NCBI GenBank assembly: GCA_048342875.1
Contig: DBGDEA010000037.1
Location: 2,513-66,512 of the forward strand
Reading direction: 5' to 3'
DNA from: Collinsella sp.
GTDB taxonomy: Bacteria > Actinomycetota > Coriobacteriia > Coriobacteriales > Coriobacteriaceae
DNA length: 64,000 nt
In this document: piece after piece, positions 31,000 to 42,557 of the stretch
Layout: each line of letters starts with the position of its first letter
Position numbering within the stretch: the stretch's first letter is position 1
Translations under genes and position numbers: made by a program
Notes under the pieces: generated by a model
Told to the model about the DNA's origin: nothing
The model's input: only the letters and a program-made list of their open reading frames with translations
The model's database searches: none

Positions 31000-31965
31000 A
31001 TGTCTCAAAACGCACGTTCCCATCGAAAGCTCAAGATAGCCGGCGTCGTTGCGCTGGTGCTCGTTGTCGCGCTGCTAGGGTTTGCCGGCAACTTCTTGTT
31101 CGACTTTGCCCTGAACCCCCAAGCGCCGTACACCATGAAGATGATGCAAGATGGCAAAGACGACAAAAAAGGTGAGCAGCCGGATGCCGAGGAAACCGAG
31201 GCGCGGGCGTGGTTTAAAGAGAATCGCGAGAGCAGCAACCTCACCGCGGACGACGGGACCGAGCTTGCCGCCTGGTATTTTGCTGCGTCGGAGAGCACGC
31301 ACGACTACGCCGTCTGCCTGCATGGATATACCAACGAGCCCATCGGTATGGCCCGATACGTCAAGCGATTCCACGACCGCGGCATGAACGTACTCGCACC
31401 CGCCGCCCGCGCCCACGAGCGCTCCAGCGGCGACTATATCGGCATGGGCTGGCCCGAGCGCCTCGACATCGTCGCATGGATCGAGCGAATCGTTCAGGCT
31501 GACCCCAAGGCGCGCATCCTGGTCTTTGGCGAATCCATGGGCGCGGCGACCGCCATGAACGTCGCGGGGGAATCTCTGCCCGCAAACGTGAAATGCATTA
31601 TCGAGGACTGCGGTTATACGAGTGTTTGGGACGAGTTTTCTCTGCAGCTCAAGGACGTGTTCGGCCTGCCCAGCTTTCCCTTGCTCGATGTAGCAAACTT
31701 GGTGTGCAACGTGCGCGCGGGCTACGACTTTCATAAGGCGAGCAGCGTGGAACAGCTCAAGCGCGCGACGGTTCCCATGCTGTTTATCCACGGTGACCAA
31801 GATACCTTTGTGCCGTACAGCATGCTCGACCAAAACTACGACGCGTGCGCCAGCAAGGTCAAGCAAAAGCTCACCGTCCATGGCGCCACCCACGCCAAGA
31901 GCGCGCAGGTCGACCCCGAACTCTACTGGAACACGGTCGACGACTTCCTCGACGAGTATTTTTAG
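31000..31965 (+). CDS. Membrane-anchored alpha/beta hydrolase
   Basis: HGY, GESMG, HGDQD, terminal His. Confidence 0.88.
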   Translation: MSQNARSHRKLKIAGVVALVLVVALLGFAGNFLFDFALNPQAPYTMKMMQDGKDDKKGEQPDAEETEARAWFKENRESSNLTADDGTELAAWYFAASESTHDYAVCLHGYTNEPIGMARYVKRFHDRGMNVLAPAARAHERSSGDYIGMGWPERLDIVAWIERIVQADPKARILVFGESMGAATAMNVAGESLPANVKCIIEDCGYTSVWDEFSLQLKDVFGLPSFPLLDVANLVCNVRAGYDFHKASSVEQLKRATVPMLFIHGDQDTFVPYSMLDQNYDACASKVKQKLTVHGATHAKSAQVDPELYWNTVDDFLDEYF

Positions 31966-32011
31966 GCAAATAGTACGGTTTACTGGTCTATCTGACCCCC
32001 TAGCACTTCCG

Positions 32012-32051
32012 AAAAGCCGCCCGTGGGCACTGTGCTCACGGGCGGCTTTTG
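32012..32051. terminator. Bidirectional terminator
   Basis: AAAAGCCGCCCGTG...CACGGGCGGCTTTT between convergent genes. Confidence 0.8.
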
Positions 32052-32097
32052 CTAACGCTGCGCTACAAAAGCGCTTGATTTGTCCAATAGCTAGACG

Positions 32098-33303
32098 CTA
32101 CTTGACCTCGATGAGCTCGTACTCGCTCGTGCCCAAGCCGATCTTCTCGGCATGCGCGATGCACACGCGCCAGTCGGTGTCGGGATGCGTAATGCAGAAG
32201 GGGTCGTGCGCCTGCTCGCCCTCCAGATGCTCGTGGTTATGCTCCATCTTGGCCGCGCTATCGGTGAGCTCGGTGTTGGGCAGTGGCTCGGACGCCATGA
32301 CGGCATCGGCGCAGGCCTGGTCGATGGCGACCGGGTCGAAGCTCGCGAACATGCCGATATCGTTGACGATAGGTGTGTCGTTTTCGGGATGGCAGTCGCA
32401 GTTGGGACTGATGTCCATGGCAAGCGAGATGTGGAAGCTCGGGCGGCCGTCGACAACGGCCTTTGTATACTCGGCGATCTTGCAGTTGAGCACGTCGGCC
32501 GCGGCGTCATAGCCGGGCTTGATGCAGTCCTGGTTGCATGCCGCAATGCAGCGTCCGCAGCCCACGCAGCGATCGTGGTCGATGGTGGCCACGTGCACCG
32601 TGCGGGTGTTGCCGTTGGCAAGCTCGCGCTCGCGGGTGCCGTCGAACGAGACAGCGTTGTGCGCGCAGATCTTTTCGCAGGCACGGCAGCCAACGCAGTG
32701 CTCGGTCGAGACGTTCGGCTTGCCGGCGGCATGCTGCTCCATCTTGCCGGCACGGCTGCCGCCTCCCATACCCAGGTTCTTCATGGCGCCGCCAAAGCCG
32801 GCCTGCTCATGGCCCTTAAAGTGGGTGAGGCTGATCACGATATCGGCGTCCATGAGAGCCTGACCGATCTTGGCCTCGCGCACGTACTCGCCGCCCTCGA
32901 CCGGGACGAGCGCCTCGTCGGTGCCCTTGAGGCCGTCGGCGATGATGATCTGGCAGCCCGTGGCATACGGGGTAAAGCCGTTCTGGTAGGCGGTATCGAT
33001 GTGCTCGAGCGCGTTTTTGCGGCTACCGACATAGAGCGTGTTGCAGTCGGTGAGAAAGGGCTTGCCACCCAATTCCTTCACGACGTCCGCGACGGCGCGG
33101 GCGTAGTTGGGGCGCAAAAAGCTCAGGTTGCCCAACTCGCCAAAGTGAATCTTGATGGCGACGAACTTGTTCTCAAAGTCGATCTGCTCAATACCGGCGT
33201 GACGGATGAGGCGCTTGAGCTTGTCGAGCTGGCTCTCGCGAGCATGCGTGCGCAGGTTGGTGAAGTACACCTTAGCGGGTGCTGCGGGTGCAGTTGCGGT
33301 CAT
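32098..33303 (-). CDS. DUF362 domain 2x[4Fe-4S] protein
   Basis: IKIHFGE, HFKGH, CVGCRACEKIC, CVGCGRCIAAC, CDC. Confidence 0.88.
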   Translation of the reverse strand: MTATAPAAPAKVYFTNLRTHARESQLDKLKRLIRHAGIEQIDFENKFVAIKIHFGELGNLSFLRPNYARAVADVVKELGGKPFLTDCNTLYVGSRKNALEHIDTAYQNGFTPYATGCQIIIADGLKGTDEALVPVEGGEYVREAKIGQALMDADIVISLTHFKGHEQAGFGGAMKNLGMGGGSRAGKMEQHAAGKPNVSTEHCVGCRACEKICAHNAVSFDGTRERELANGNTRTVHVATIDHDRCVGCGRCIAACNQDCIKPGYDAAADVLNCKIAEYTKAVVDGRPSFHISLAMDISPNCDCHPENDTPIVNDIGMFASFDPVAIDQACADAVMASEPLPNTELTDSAAKMEHNHEHLEGEQAHDPFCITHPDTDWRVCIAHAEKIGLGTSEYELIEVK

Positions 33304-33387
33304 AGATCTATCCCCTCGGTCTATATGGCGTTACAGACATAAGAGGATGGTACCAGTTAAAGCAGAGGTAAAGTCAAGTACGGCACC

Positions 33388-33557
33388 TAGTCATTGGGGA
33401 CAGACTTAAATGACTGAAACCACTCATTGGGGACGGACTTAAATGAGTGCCTCGCCACCTGGCAGCTAGGGACGTTCCTTTCCTGCCGGCAGTTGGGGAC
33501 AGTCCTTGCCAGCACGGCCGGCGAACCGGCAAATCGGCAAAGACTGTCCCCGATGAC
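33388..33557. repeat. Cluster of GGGGAC repeats
   Basis: Two tandem TCATTGGGGAC....TTAAATGA hairpins plus GGCAG(T/C)T(G/A)GGGAC units. Confidence 0.85.
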
Positions 33558-36223
33558 TACTCCTGCACCTTGAGAGCTTCGGCCAGGCCCACACGTTTGA
33601 TGGAACGCATGTGCAGCAACGCCACGACCAGGTAGGTCGCAAAGCCAATGCCGACGCATGCAACCATGGACCAAGCGGGCGCATAGATTTCGATATTGCC
33701 GTTGTAGGCGAGCAGCATCGAGCGGAAGATGGCCGTGAGCGAGCCAATAATGACCGGCAGACTCAGCACGAGCGACGCCGCCACGCACAGCGTGATCGAG
33801 CGGATGTACAGATGCGAGATCTCGCTATCGCGATAGCCAAAGACTTTCATATAGCTAATCGAACGGGCGCTGTGGTCGATCACAGCCTTGGTCAGTAGAT
33901 ACATAAACAGCAGGAAGATAAACACCGCGAGGCCAACCATCATGCCGATCATTTTGCTCATCATGCCGATGAACTGGTCGCCCACGGCGCGCATGTCGTC
34001 GGGCGTGGTGTCGCCGGCAAAGTAACGAGCATCGAGGTCGAGCTTCTCGTCGCTCACATAGCCGTTAAAGTAGGTGGCGTCATTGCCGAACAGCTCGTTA
34101 AAGTCATCGATGCTCATATAGATATTCATGTCCGACTTGGAGCCCCAGGCACTGTCCTTGCCCGCGTACTCAAGGGAATAATGCTCCCCCTCGTACTTGT
34201 CGATGAGCGTGACCTTCTGGCCCTCGCTCCAGCCAAACTTGTCGAGCAGGCCGCTGCCAAAGACGACGCGCCCATCGCCAACGTTGAGGTCTTTCCAATA
34301 GCGCGAATCGGGCGAGATGCCGTAGACGGAAATCGTCTCCTGCCCATTTCCATCGCCGCGGTCGTATTGCAGCTGGTAAACGGCATATTTCTCGGCCTGC
34401 GCGATTGCGCCCGCGCCGTTGTCGGTCGTATTGACCGGGTGGATATCATCGTTGTCAGTGTCGATCTTAGAGGCCTTGTCGATCAGGTCGATAGCCTCGT
34501 CGCGGTCGCAGCCGAGGGCATCGGCAAGGTCATCGAGGCGCGCGTAGAGCGCATCCTTCTTGTCCTGGACCTTGGCGAGCGCGTCCTGCGCCGCGGCCAG
34601 GCTCTCGGCAGACGGAGCGCTGGTCGCGGCATCGGCTGCCGCCTGCGCTGCATCGGCCGCGTCGTCAAGCTCGTCATCGGCATCCTGAGCGGCAGAAAGC
34701 AGCGCGCCGTCAACCGACTGCAAACGCTCGAGTGCCGACCACTGCTCGCGCTCCTCGGCGGTGCCCTCGAGTTCCAGCGGAGCCTTGAGCGTGTACTGGT
34801 GCTCGGCGACCAGGCTTGTCTCGAGGTTGTCCGCGTAGTGCGTCATCGTGGGCAGAATCGCCAGGCCAAAGAGCAGTAGCAGCGAGGCAAACGCAATGCC
34901 CACGAAAAGCGTGGCGAAGTTGCCCAGATTACGCAGGAAGATGCGCAGGCGGAAGCGCGAGACAAAGCCCATGCGCTCCGGCAGCTGCAGGCCGCGCTTG
35001 GTGCCCGACTTGCCGCCCGCCTCGTGACGGAGGAACTGCAACGGCGTCTTGCCCATTTTGCGGAGCAGGCCCACCAGCGTAATGAGGATGAGCGCGGCGG
35101 CGGGAACCACGGCGCACTTCACAAAGATCTCCCAGCTCCAGTACACCTGGAAGGGCGGCAGGCTGTACGAGCCGTAATAGAGGCCGCGCATGGGCTCGGT
35201 AAAGAACGCAACGCCGAGCGCGGTGCCCAACAGCGCCGCGAGCATGCCCACGATGGCGGGAAGCGCGAGGTAGTGCAGTACGATCTCGCGACGGCGATAG
35301 CCGCTGGCGAGCAGTGTGCCGATGATGGCGCTCTCCTCCTCGATGGTGGCGTCGGTAAGGACCACAAAGACGAACGCCATGATCACGATGATGATGTCGA
35401 GCAGCGTCATCCACATCATAGAGTCGCCGTCCACGTCATCGCGCGCATAGCCAATGCCTTGATTGGAATCGGCGTCGATCAGATCGTCCACGCGCGCATC
35501 GACGTCGGTCAGTGCCTCAACCATATCCTGCTCCGCATCGATGCGGTCCGCGGTGGGGAGGTCGCGATCGGTAAAGGTGAAGGAGTAGGTGTAGGCGGGC
35601 GCGCCGCCGGCATCTTCGAGCGCGGCAAAGCCGCCATCGGTGACCTCGGCCACGCCGTACGTGATGGTGTTCACCGTAAAGTCCGAATTGTTGAGAAACA
35701 GCGCCTGACTGTCGGGCTGGGTCATGATGCCGCAGATGATGTAGGTGCGGCCCTCAAGCTCAACCTTATCGCCCACGGCGAGGTCGTTGTTGGTGGCGAA
35801 GACACGGTCGATGGCTACCTCATCGTCCGTCTTGGGCTCCTTGCCCTCACAGTAGGACGCGATATCGACCTTGGTGCGGTGCGCATAGGTGCGCAGCGTG
35901 CGCTTGGTGCCGTCGTCGCCGGCGGTCTTTTTGATGATGGCGTCGATGGAGAAATTCTTGTAGAGCGTGACGCCGCCGACGTCGTCGGCCGCGTCCTCGG
36001 CTGCCTTGAGTTGCTCCTCGGTCGCCTCGAAGGAGGTGGTCACGCGGCCGTCCTCAATCGTGTACGCATCGCGCATGTCATCGATGAGGCAGCCGATGGA
36101 ATGCGCCGCGAGCAAAAAGCCCGAGGTGAGAGCGATACTTCCGCACATAAGCAAAAAGATGCCCAGGTACTTGCCGATATTGCGGCGCAGCTCGCGCGGG
36201 AGACGTTTTGCGAGAGGTGTCAT
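33557..36223 (-). CDS. FtsX/MacB-like ABC transporter permease (two permease domains)
   Basis: IGTLLASGY, ISYMKVFGY, AEALK; large extracellular loops. Confidence 0.88.
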   Translation of the reverse strand: MTPLAKRLPRELRRNIGKYLGIFLLMCGSIALTSGFLLAAHSIGCLIDDMRDAYTIEDGRVTTSFEATEEQLKAAEDAADDVGGVTLYKNFSIDAIIKKTAGDDGTKRTLRTYAHRTKVDIASYCEGKEPKTDDEVAIDRVFATNNDLAVGDKVELEGRTYIICGIMTQPDSQALFLNNSDFTVNTITYGVAEVTDGGFAALEDAGGAPAYTYSFTFTDRDLPTADRIDAEQDMVEALTDVDARVDDLIDADSNQGIGYARDDVDGDSMMWMTLLDIIIVIMAFVFVVLTDATIEEESAIIGTLLASGYRRREIVLHYLALPAIVGMLAALLGTALGVAFFTEPMRGLYYGSYSLPPFQVYWSWEIFVKCAVVPAAALILITLVGLLRKMGKTPLQFLRHEAGGKSGTKRGLQLPERMGFVSRFRLRIFLRNLGNFATLFVGIAFASLLLLFGLAILPTMTHYADNLETSLVAEHQYTLKAPLELEGTAEEREQWSALERLQSVDGALLSAAQDADDELDDAADAAQAAADAATSAPSAESLAAAQDALAKVQDKKDALYARLDDLADALGCDRDEAIDLIDKASKIDTDNDDIHPVNTTDNGAGAIAQAEKYAVYQLQYDRGDGNGQETISVYGISPDSRYWKDLNVGDGRVVFGSGLLDKFGWSEGQKVTLIDKYEGEHYSLEYAGKDSAWGSKSDMNIYMSIDDFNELFGNDATYFNGYVSDEKLDLDARYFAGDTTPDDMRAVGDQFIGMMSKMIGMMVGLAVFIFLLFMYLLTKAVIDHSARSISYMKVFGYRDSEISHLYIRSITLCVAASLVLSLPVIIGSLTAIFRSMLLAYNGNIEIYAPAWSMVACVGIGFATYLVVALLHMRSIKRVGLAEALKVQE

Positions 36224-36231
36224 GGCGCCGC

Positions 36232-36945
<714 letters not shown>

Positions 36946-37039
36946 GGCATCCCCCATTGTTAGCCTCGTACTACTTTATGAACGTAATAGTAAACCTTGG
37001 CGAACTATTTTGGGGCGAGAGTGGGGATTTGTTTCAGAC

Positions 37040-37194
37040 TAGTCATTGGGGACGTTCTTAAATGACCAGTCACAAGGGACGCTCTTTCGCCACCCGGCAG
37101 TTGGGGACGCTCCTTATCTGCCCCCGATGGCTAGTCATTTAAGTCTGTCCCCAATGAATACTTTTGGTCGTTTAAGTCTGTCCCCAATGAGTAG
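37040..37194. repeat. Cluster of GGGGAC repeats in both orientations
   Basis: TAGTCATTGGGGACGTTCTTAAATGACC; two (A/G)TTTAAGTCTGTCCCCAATGA copies. Confidence 0.85.
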
Positions 37195-37198
37195 GTGT

Positions 37199-38404
37199 CT
37201 AGGCGTGGGATTTGTTGTGGGCGAGGGCTAGGCCTACGGCGGCGATGGCCGCGGCAAAGAGCACTGTGACGCCCAGATCGCAAGCGATGTCGCCCAGCAC
37301 GGTGGACGTCAGGTCCGCGGCGAGCGCCTTGCCAATCGCGTCGTTCACCCAATACGTCGGCACAAAATGCGCCGCGGTCTGCACGGCTGGGCCCATCAGC
37401 GACAGCGGCATCCAGGCGCCGCCCAAAAACGTCATGAGCATGCCGAGCAGGTTGCCCACACCGTTGAGCAGCTCCTCACGTGCACCCAGGCTCGAAAGGG
37501 CAAAGCCAACGGCCAGAGGCGTGCACGCCAGGGCAAACGTCGCCGCCAGCGCCAGGCACACACGACCCACGCCGACCTCGGCAACCGCGCCGGCAAAGCC
37601 CACGACGCCCATCATGCTCGACACAAACCAGATGCAGACGGTGATCACAGTGGCGGCCGCAAACACGGCGAGCGAACGCCGGCGCTCGGAGATTGGGCCG
37701 GCATCCATACGACGCACGCGCTCGGGCTCGTTCATGCCCGAGAACACCAGCCCCACCGATACGATGACCGACGAGATAATCGCGTACGCGCCAAAGTTGA
37801 AATACGACTTGAGCATGGCGGCGGCAGTCGAACCAACCTTGACCTGCTCAATCTGGACCTCGGCGCGCTTGGCGGCGGCATGCTCGGCGGCCTTGGCGAC
37901 GCTACCATTAGAGGCGGCGGGCTCTAGGGCCGCTGCAGCGCCCGCGAGCGAAATCCAGCGCGAGGCCTCAGCAGACGAAAGCGCCGCCGCCATGGTGCCG
38001 GCACCGTAGGTCACATCGAGCTTGGGCAGGGCCTCCCCCGCGCGGGCGGCCGCGACCAGGTCGTTCTCAAACCCCTCCGGGATAAAGAACACGCAGTCGG
38101 CGCTACCCTTGGCGCTGTTGCTCTTGGAGAGCGCGTCCGCAAGATCGTAGGTATCGTCGCCGACGCCCGTGACCAACTCAAAGCGCGACCCCAGGTGCTT
38201 GGTGAGCGCATGCGAAAGGTCGCTGTCGTCGCGGTCGACCACGATCACGTTGGCATCGTAGGGCTCGTACTCGGTGAGCTGCGACGAGTTCCAGCTCACC
38301 GATGCCGCGATGAATACGCCCATGAGCGAGATGAACACCGTATAGATGAGCAGGTAGAACGGGTGCGCCAGCGCCATGCGAAGCGCAGTCTTAAAGGTGC
38401 TCAT
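37199..38404 (-). CDS. ABC-2 type permease
   Basis: VVDRD, FLGGAWMP, PTYW. Confidence 0.85.
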   Translation of the reverse strand: MSTFKTALRMALAHPFYLLIYTVFISLMGVFIAASVSWNSSQLTEYEPYDANVIVVDRDDSDLSHALTKHLGSRFELVTGVGDDTYDLADALSKSNSAKGSADCVFFIPEGFENDLVAAARAGEALPKLDVTYGAGTMAAALSSAEASRWISLAGAAAALEPAASNGSVAKAAEHAAAKRAEVQIEQVKVGSTAAAMLKSYFNFGAYAIISSVIVSVGLVFSGMNEPERVRRMDAGPISERRRSLAVFAAATVITVCIWFVSSMMGVVGFAGAVAEVGVGRVCLALAATFALACTPLAVGFALSSLGAREELLNGVGNLLGMLMTFLGGAWMPLSLMGPAVQTAAHFVPTYWVNDAIGKALAADLTSTVLGDIACDLGVTVLFAAAIAAVGLALAHNKSHA

Positions 38405-39578
38405 AGCGGCTCCTTCCAAAGGTCAGCGTGGCGGCGGCAACGAACAGCAGCGCCATAAGGACCAGCGCGCCGGCGCGAACGACAAAGGGGCCCAGGTTCT
38501 CAAAGAAATACAGGCGGTTGAACATGTCGCAGATGAGCTTGACGGGGTTGAGCCAGCACTCGGCCGGGCAGGCGCGGGCGACGTCGTCGGCAAGCGCCAT
38601 CGCCGGCTCGCCGTAGAGGCCGGCGAACAGGGCGCACGTGGTAGCAAAGCCCGTGAGGATGCCGGACTTGGACGCCTTGCCGCCCTTAACGGGAAGCGTG
38701 CCCACAAAAAGGCCCAAGCCCGTGGCGGCAAGCGCGGAAGCGGCGCCACCCACCAGACACAGCCCCTCGCGCCCGCCAAAGTCGACGCCCACGACCAGGC
38801 GCACGTAGCCGATCGCGATCGTCATCGAGGCAAAGGAGACCAGCCACGAGCCGACAAAGATGCCGGTCAGCGATGCCGTCTTGGAAAGACCGCCCACACA
38901 GCGACGTGCGCCAAGGCCCGACAGATTGGGCTGCAGGTCGACGACGCTCAAGGCGGCAAACTCCGCAGACATCATCGCGACCAGGCCAAAAAGCGCGTAA
39001 TAGTAGACGACCGTGCCATCGGGCGTGGTGCGTGTCAGGCTTACGCGGCGGGTACCGCCCTCGAGCGATAGAGCGCGCGCAACCGCCTCCGGGTCGGCGA
39101 GCGCCGCCGGGTTGTCCTGGGCAATCTGGGACATGAGCTCGGCATTTTGTGTATACGAGCTTGCCACCGTCTCCAGAATACTGCGGTCGGTGAGCACCGA
39201 CGTCGCACGCGAGCTGCCATAGCTCGAAAGCAACGTGAGTTTGGGCGTGCCCGCATCGTCGACCGCATAGATGCCCGCGACCTCGCCGGCCTTAAGCGCA
39301 CGGTTCGCATCGGCTGCGTCGTCGAGCTCGTGGATCTCGAGCAGCTGATCGCCGCCTTCCTTGGCAAGCGACGTCGCCACGCCCTTAAAGGTCGAAGCGT
39401 CCCAAGCCTCGTCCGCCACGACGGCCACCGGCACCGGGTCGACCGTGCCGTCGGAGCTGAGGTTCGCAAACATAAACATGAACATCGTGGAAAGTACGAT
39501 GGGAAAGAGAGCGCCCCAGACCCACGTGCTCGGCCGGCGCAGCAGCGTCTTGACCGTAGTGATGATGGTGTTGAACAT
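38391..39578 (-). CDS. ABC-2 type permease
   Basis: FPIVLSTMF, YYYAL, NPV; overlaps the next gene. Confidence 0.85.
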   Translation of the reverse strand: MFNTIITTVKTLLRRPSTWVWGALFPIVLSTMFMFMFANLSSDGTVDPVPVAVVADEAWDASTFKGVATSLAKEGGDQLLEIHELDDAADANRALKAGEVAGIYAVDDAGTPKLTLLSSYGSSRATSVLTDRSILETVASSYTQNAELMSQIAQDNPAALADPEAVARALSLEGGTRRVSLTRTTPDGTVVYYYALFGLVAMMSAEFAALSVVDLQPNLSGLGARRCVGGLSKTASLTGIFVGSWLVSFASMTIAIGYVRLVVGVDFGGREGLCLVGGAASALAATGLGLFVGTLPVKGGKASKSGILTGFATTCALFAGLYGEPAMALADDVARACPAECWLNPVKLICDMFNRLYFFENLGPFVVRAGALVLMALLFVAAATLTFGRSRYEHL

Positions 39579-39587
39579 GACTGCCCC

Positions 39588-40526
39588 CTAGTCGCGCAGC
39601 TCGCGGCCGGTGATCTCGAGGAACACGTCGTTGAGGGTCGGTGGCTCGCTCCACACGCGGCCGAGCGCCACATCGGCGGCGCGCAGCGTGTCGAGGATGT
39701 CGACCAAATTGTGCGGGCTCGCTTCGCAGGTGCAGACGATCTCGCCGCCGGACAGCTCAACCGAAAGCACGTGCTCGAGGGCGCGCAGCCGCTCGACCGT
39801 GGCGGTCTCTACGGCGTCAACCTCGACAGTCACGCGCTCGCCCATCTGAATCATGCGCTTGAGCTCGTCGTTGGTGCCCTGCGCCAGCACGCGCCCGCCG
39901 TCCATGATCATGATGCGGCTGCAGATTTGCTCGACTTCCTCCATGTAATGGCTGGTATACACCACTGTGGCGCCCTCGTCGCGCAAGCGGCAGATGCCCT
40001 CCAGGATGGCGTTGCGGCTCTGTGGGTCGACCGCCACCGTGGGCTCGTCAAAGAAGATGAGCTCGGGCTTGTGCGTGATGCCGCAGGCGATGTTGAGGCG
40101 ACGCGCCAAGCCGCCCGAGAGCTTGCCGGGGCGGAACTTGGCAAAGTCGCCCAGCCCGACAAAGTCGATCGCCTCGTTCACCAGCGCGCGGCGGTGCTTG
40201 CGGTCGTTGACGTAGAGGCTGCAGAAATAGTCGATGTTCTCGCGCACCGTGAGCTCGTCAAACACCGCCACCTGCTGCGGCACCACGCCGATGCGGCGCT
40301 TGAGGTCGTAGCGGGCGGGCGCCATGGGCTCGCCGAACAGCTCAATGGTGCCTTTGTCGTAGGCAAGCAGCTGCAAAATGCAGTTGATGGACGTGGTCTT
40401 GCCCGAGCCGTTGGGGCCCAGCAGGCCAAAGATCTCGCCGGGGGCGATGCTCAGGTTAAAGTGGTCGAGCGCAATAAGGTCGTCATAGCGCTTGACGAGG
40501 TTTTCGACGTGGACGATATCTGTCAT
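39588..40526 (-). CDS. ABC-2 exporter ATP-binding protein
   Basis: GPNGSGKT, LSGG, DEPTVAVDPQSR, SHYMEE. Confidence 0.95.
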   Translation of the reverse strand: MTDIVHVENLVKRYDDLIALDHFNLSIAPGEIFGLLGPNGSGKTTSINCILQLLAYDKGTIELFGEPMAPARYDLKRRIGVVPQQVAVFDELTVRENIDYFCSLYVNDRKHRRALVNEAIDFVGLGDFAKFRPGKLSGGLARRLNIACGITHKPELIFFDEPTVAVDPQSRNAILEGICRLRDEGATVVYTSHYMEEVEQICSRIMIMDGGRVLAQGTNDELKRMIQMGERVTVEVDAVETATVERLRALEHVLSVELSGGEIVCTCEASPHNLVDILDTLRAADVALGRVWSEPPTLNDVFLEITGRELRD

Positions 40527-40725
40527 GAGGCGGCCCTTCTGTTGCTTGCGGCCCGGTACGATTGCATCATCGCAGGAGCGGACGGCGCGCACCAGTGAGC
40601 TTTGTCACGAGTGCGGGGGCTCGGTCGCGCGGCCCGCCGACGCCCCCGCTTTGCCGCGCGGGAGGAATGTCACGGTTGCGCAGGCGGCCCCCTCCACCAC
40701 GCGCAGCTTCGCGTACAATACCCGT

Positions 40726-41871
40726 ATGAACAGGCTTTTCGACAAATCGATCGTGCTGGCGTGCTGTATTGCGGCCGCCATGGGTCTTGCTGTGGACGCT
40801 CGCCTGGTCGCGGCGTTTTGCCTTGGCGTTATTGCCACCTCGCTGGCCGAGGTCGCACAGGGAAACCGCGCCCGCCGTGCGAGCGAGACCGCAAGTTACG
40901 CTTACATCATCGCGGCTGTCTTCGTGCCGACGTTTGTGCCGTTTGCGCCTCTCGCCCTCTATGACATCGCGCGACGCGTGCGCCGTGAACGCATCTGGCC
41001 CGCGCTGGCGATTGGCGCCGTGTTTGTCTGCGCGCTTGCCGCGGACCTTCGCGGCGGCGCGCTCACCACCCGAACGCTCCTGCTGACCGCTATCCTTTCG
41101 GTTGCCGCCACCTTGCTATCGCTACGTACCGCCCAGTTGGAGCGCGAACAGCAGCGCATGCGCCGTACCCGCGACGAGCTGCAAGAACGAGCCCTCGCGC
41201 TCGAAGCGCGCAACCGTGACCTTGCCGACCGCCAGGACTACGAAGTCGAGCTCGCGACGCTCGCCGAACGCGCCCGCATCGCGCGCGAGATCCACGATAA
41301 CGTCGGGCACCAGCTCACGCGCGCCTCACTGCAGGCCGAAGCCCTACGCGTGGTCCACGCCGACGAGCCCAGGGTTGCCGCCGATTTCGCCGACGTCAAA
41401 CGCACGGTTGACGAGGCGCTCCAGCTTGTGCGCACCAGCGTCCACGCGCTCAACGACAACGCCGTCGACCTTTCCGTGCAGCTCGAACGCATTGTTGAAG
41501 GCGCGCGCTCGGACGGCGGCCCGCAGATTGAGCTTGAAGTTTTGGCCGAGCATGCACCCGCAAACGTCGCCAACTGTTTTGCGGCGGTCCTGCGCGAGGC
41601 GCTTTCCAACGCCATGCGCCACGCTTGCGCCCAGACCGTCACCGTACGATGCATGGAGCATCCGTCGTTTTACCAGCTCATCGTTACCGATGATGGCGCG
41701 GACGCGACCCCGGCGAGCAGCAGCAACGTCGTAGAAGGCATGGGGCTCGCCTCCATGCGCGAGCGCGTCGAGGCGCTTGGCGGAACCTTCACCGCCGGCC
41801 TGCGCGCCGGCGCCCCCGGCTGGCGCGTGTTTGCCACCGTCCCCAAACAGCAAGGAGATGAGGACCGATGA
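40726..41871 (+). CDS. HisKA_3 sensor histidine kinase
   Basis: ERARIAREIHDNVGH, EALSNAMRH, DDG, GMGL. Confidence 0.92.
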   Translation: MNRLFDKSIVLACCIAAAMGLAVDARLVAAFCLGVIATSLAEVAQGNRARRASETASYAYIIAAVFVPTFVPFAPLALYDIARRVRRERIWPALAIGAVFVCALAADLRGGALTTRTLLLTAILSVAATLLSLRTAQLEREQQRMRRTRDELQERALALEARNRDLADRQDYEVELATLAERARIAREIHDNVGHQLTRASLQAEALRVVHADEPRVAADFADVKRTVDEALQLVRTSVHALNDNAVDLSVQLERIVEGARSDGGPQIELEVLAEHAPANVANCFAAVLREALSNAMRHACAQTVTVRCMEHPSFYQLIVTDDGADATPASSSNVVEGMGLASMRERVEALGGTFTAGLRAGAPGWRVFATVPKQQGDEDR

Positions 41872-42497
41872 GGCTCATCGTTGTCGACGACGACCGCTTA
41901 GTGGTCGATTCGCTCAAGATTATCCTGGGCGCCCAGCCGCAGATCGAGGTAGTGGGTACCGGCGCCAACGGCAACGACGCGGTTTCGCTCTATGCCGAAC
42001 ACGCACCCGATATCGCGCTGCTCGACATTCAGATGCCGGAACGCGACGGCCTATCGGCGGCACGCGAGATCCTTGAGCACGAACCCACGGCACGCGTGGT
42101 GTTTTTGACGACATTCTCGGATGACGAGTACATTGTGTCGGCGCTTAAACTGGGCGCCCGCGGCTACCTGATTAAAACCGATGTCGCCGCCATTCCACCA
42201 GCGTTGGCGCAGGTCATGGCTGGCAAGCGCGTGCTCGAGGGCAAGGCGATCGAGGACATCGATTTTGACGGAACGGACGTCGAGGCGGGCACGCCCCGCC
42301 GGCCCGCAGCCTTCGCCAGCCTGACCGACCGCGAGTTCGAAGTCGCCGAACTCATCGCCCGCGGCCTCGACAACAAAGAGATCGCCGCCACCGCCTACAT
42401 GGGCGAAGGCACCGTGCGCAACCACATCAGCTCGATCCTTGCCAAAATGGGCCTGCGCAACCGCACGCAGATCGCCATCGCCTACCTGCGAGGGTAA
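41868..42497 (+). CDS. NarL-family response regulator
   Basis: VVDDD, LLDIQMP, LTDRE...GTVRNHIS; ATGA overlap. Confidence 0.95.
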   Translation: MRLIVVDDDRLVVDSLKIILGAQPQIEVVGTGANGNDAVSLYAEHAPDIALLDIQMPERDGLSAAREILEHEPTARVVFLTTFSDDEYIVSALKLGARGYLIKTDVAAIPPALAQVMAGKRVLEGKAIEDIDFDGTDVEAGTPRRPAAFASLTDREFEVAELIARGLDNKEIAATAYMGEGTVRNHISSILAKMGLRNRTQIAIAYLRG

Positions 42498-42557
42498 TTA
42501 CCCAACGACCGACCGCCCCGGCATAGCAAAATGGCTGCTGCCGATTTAATGCCATTT

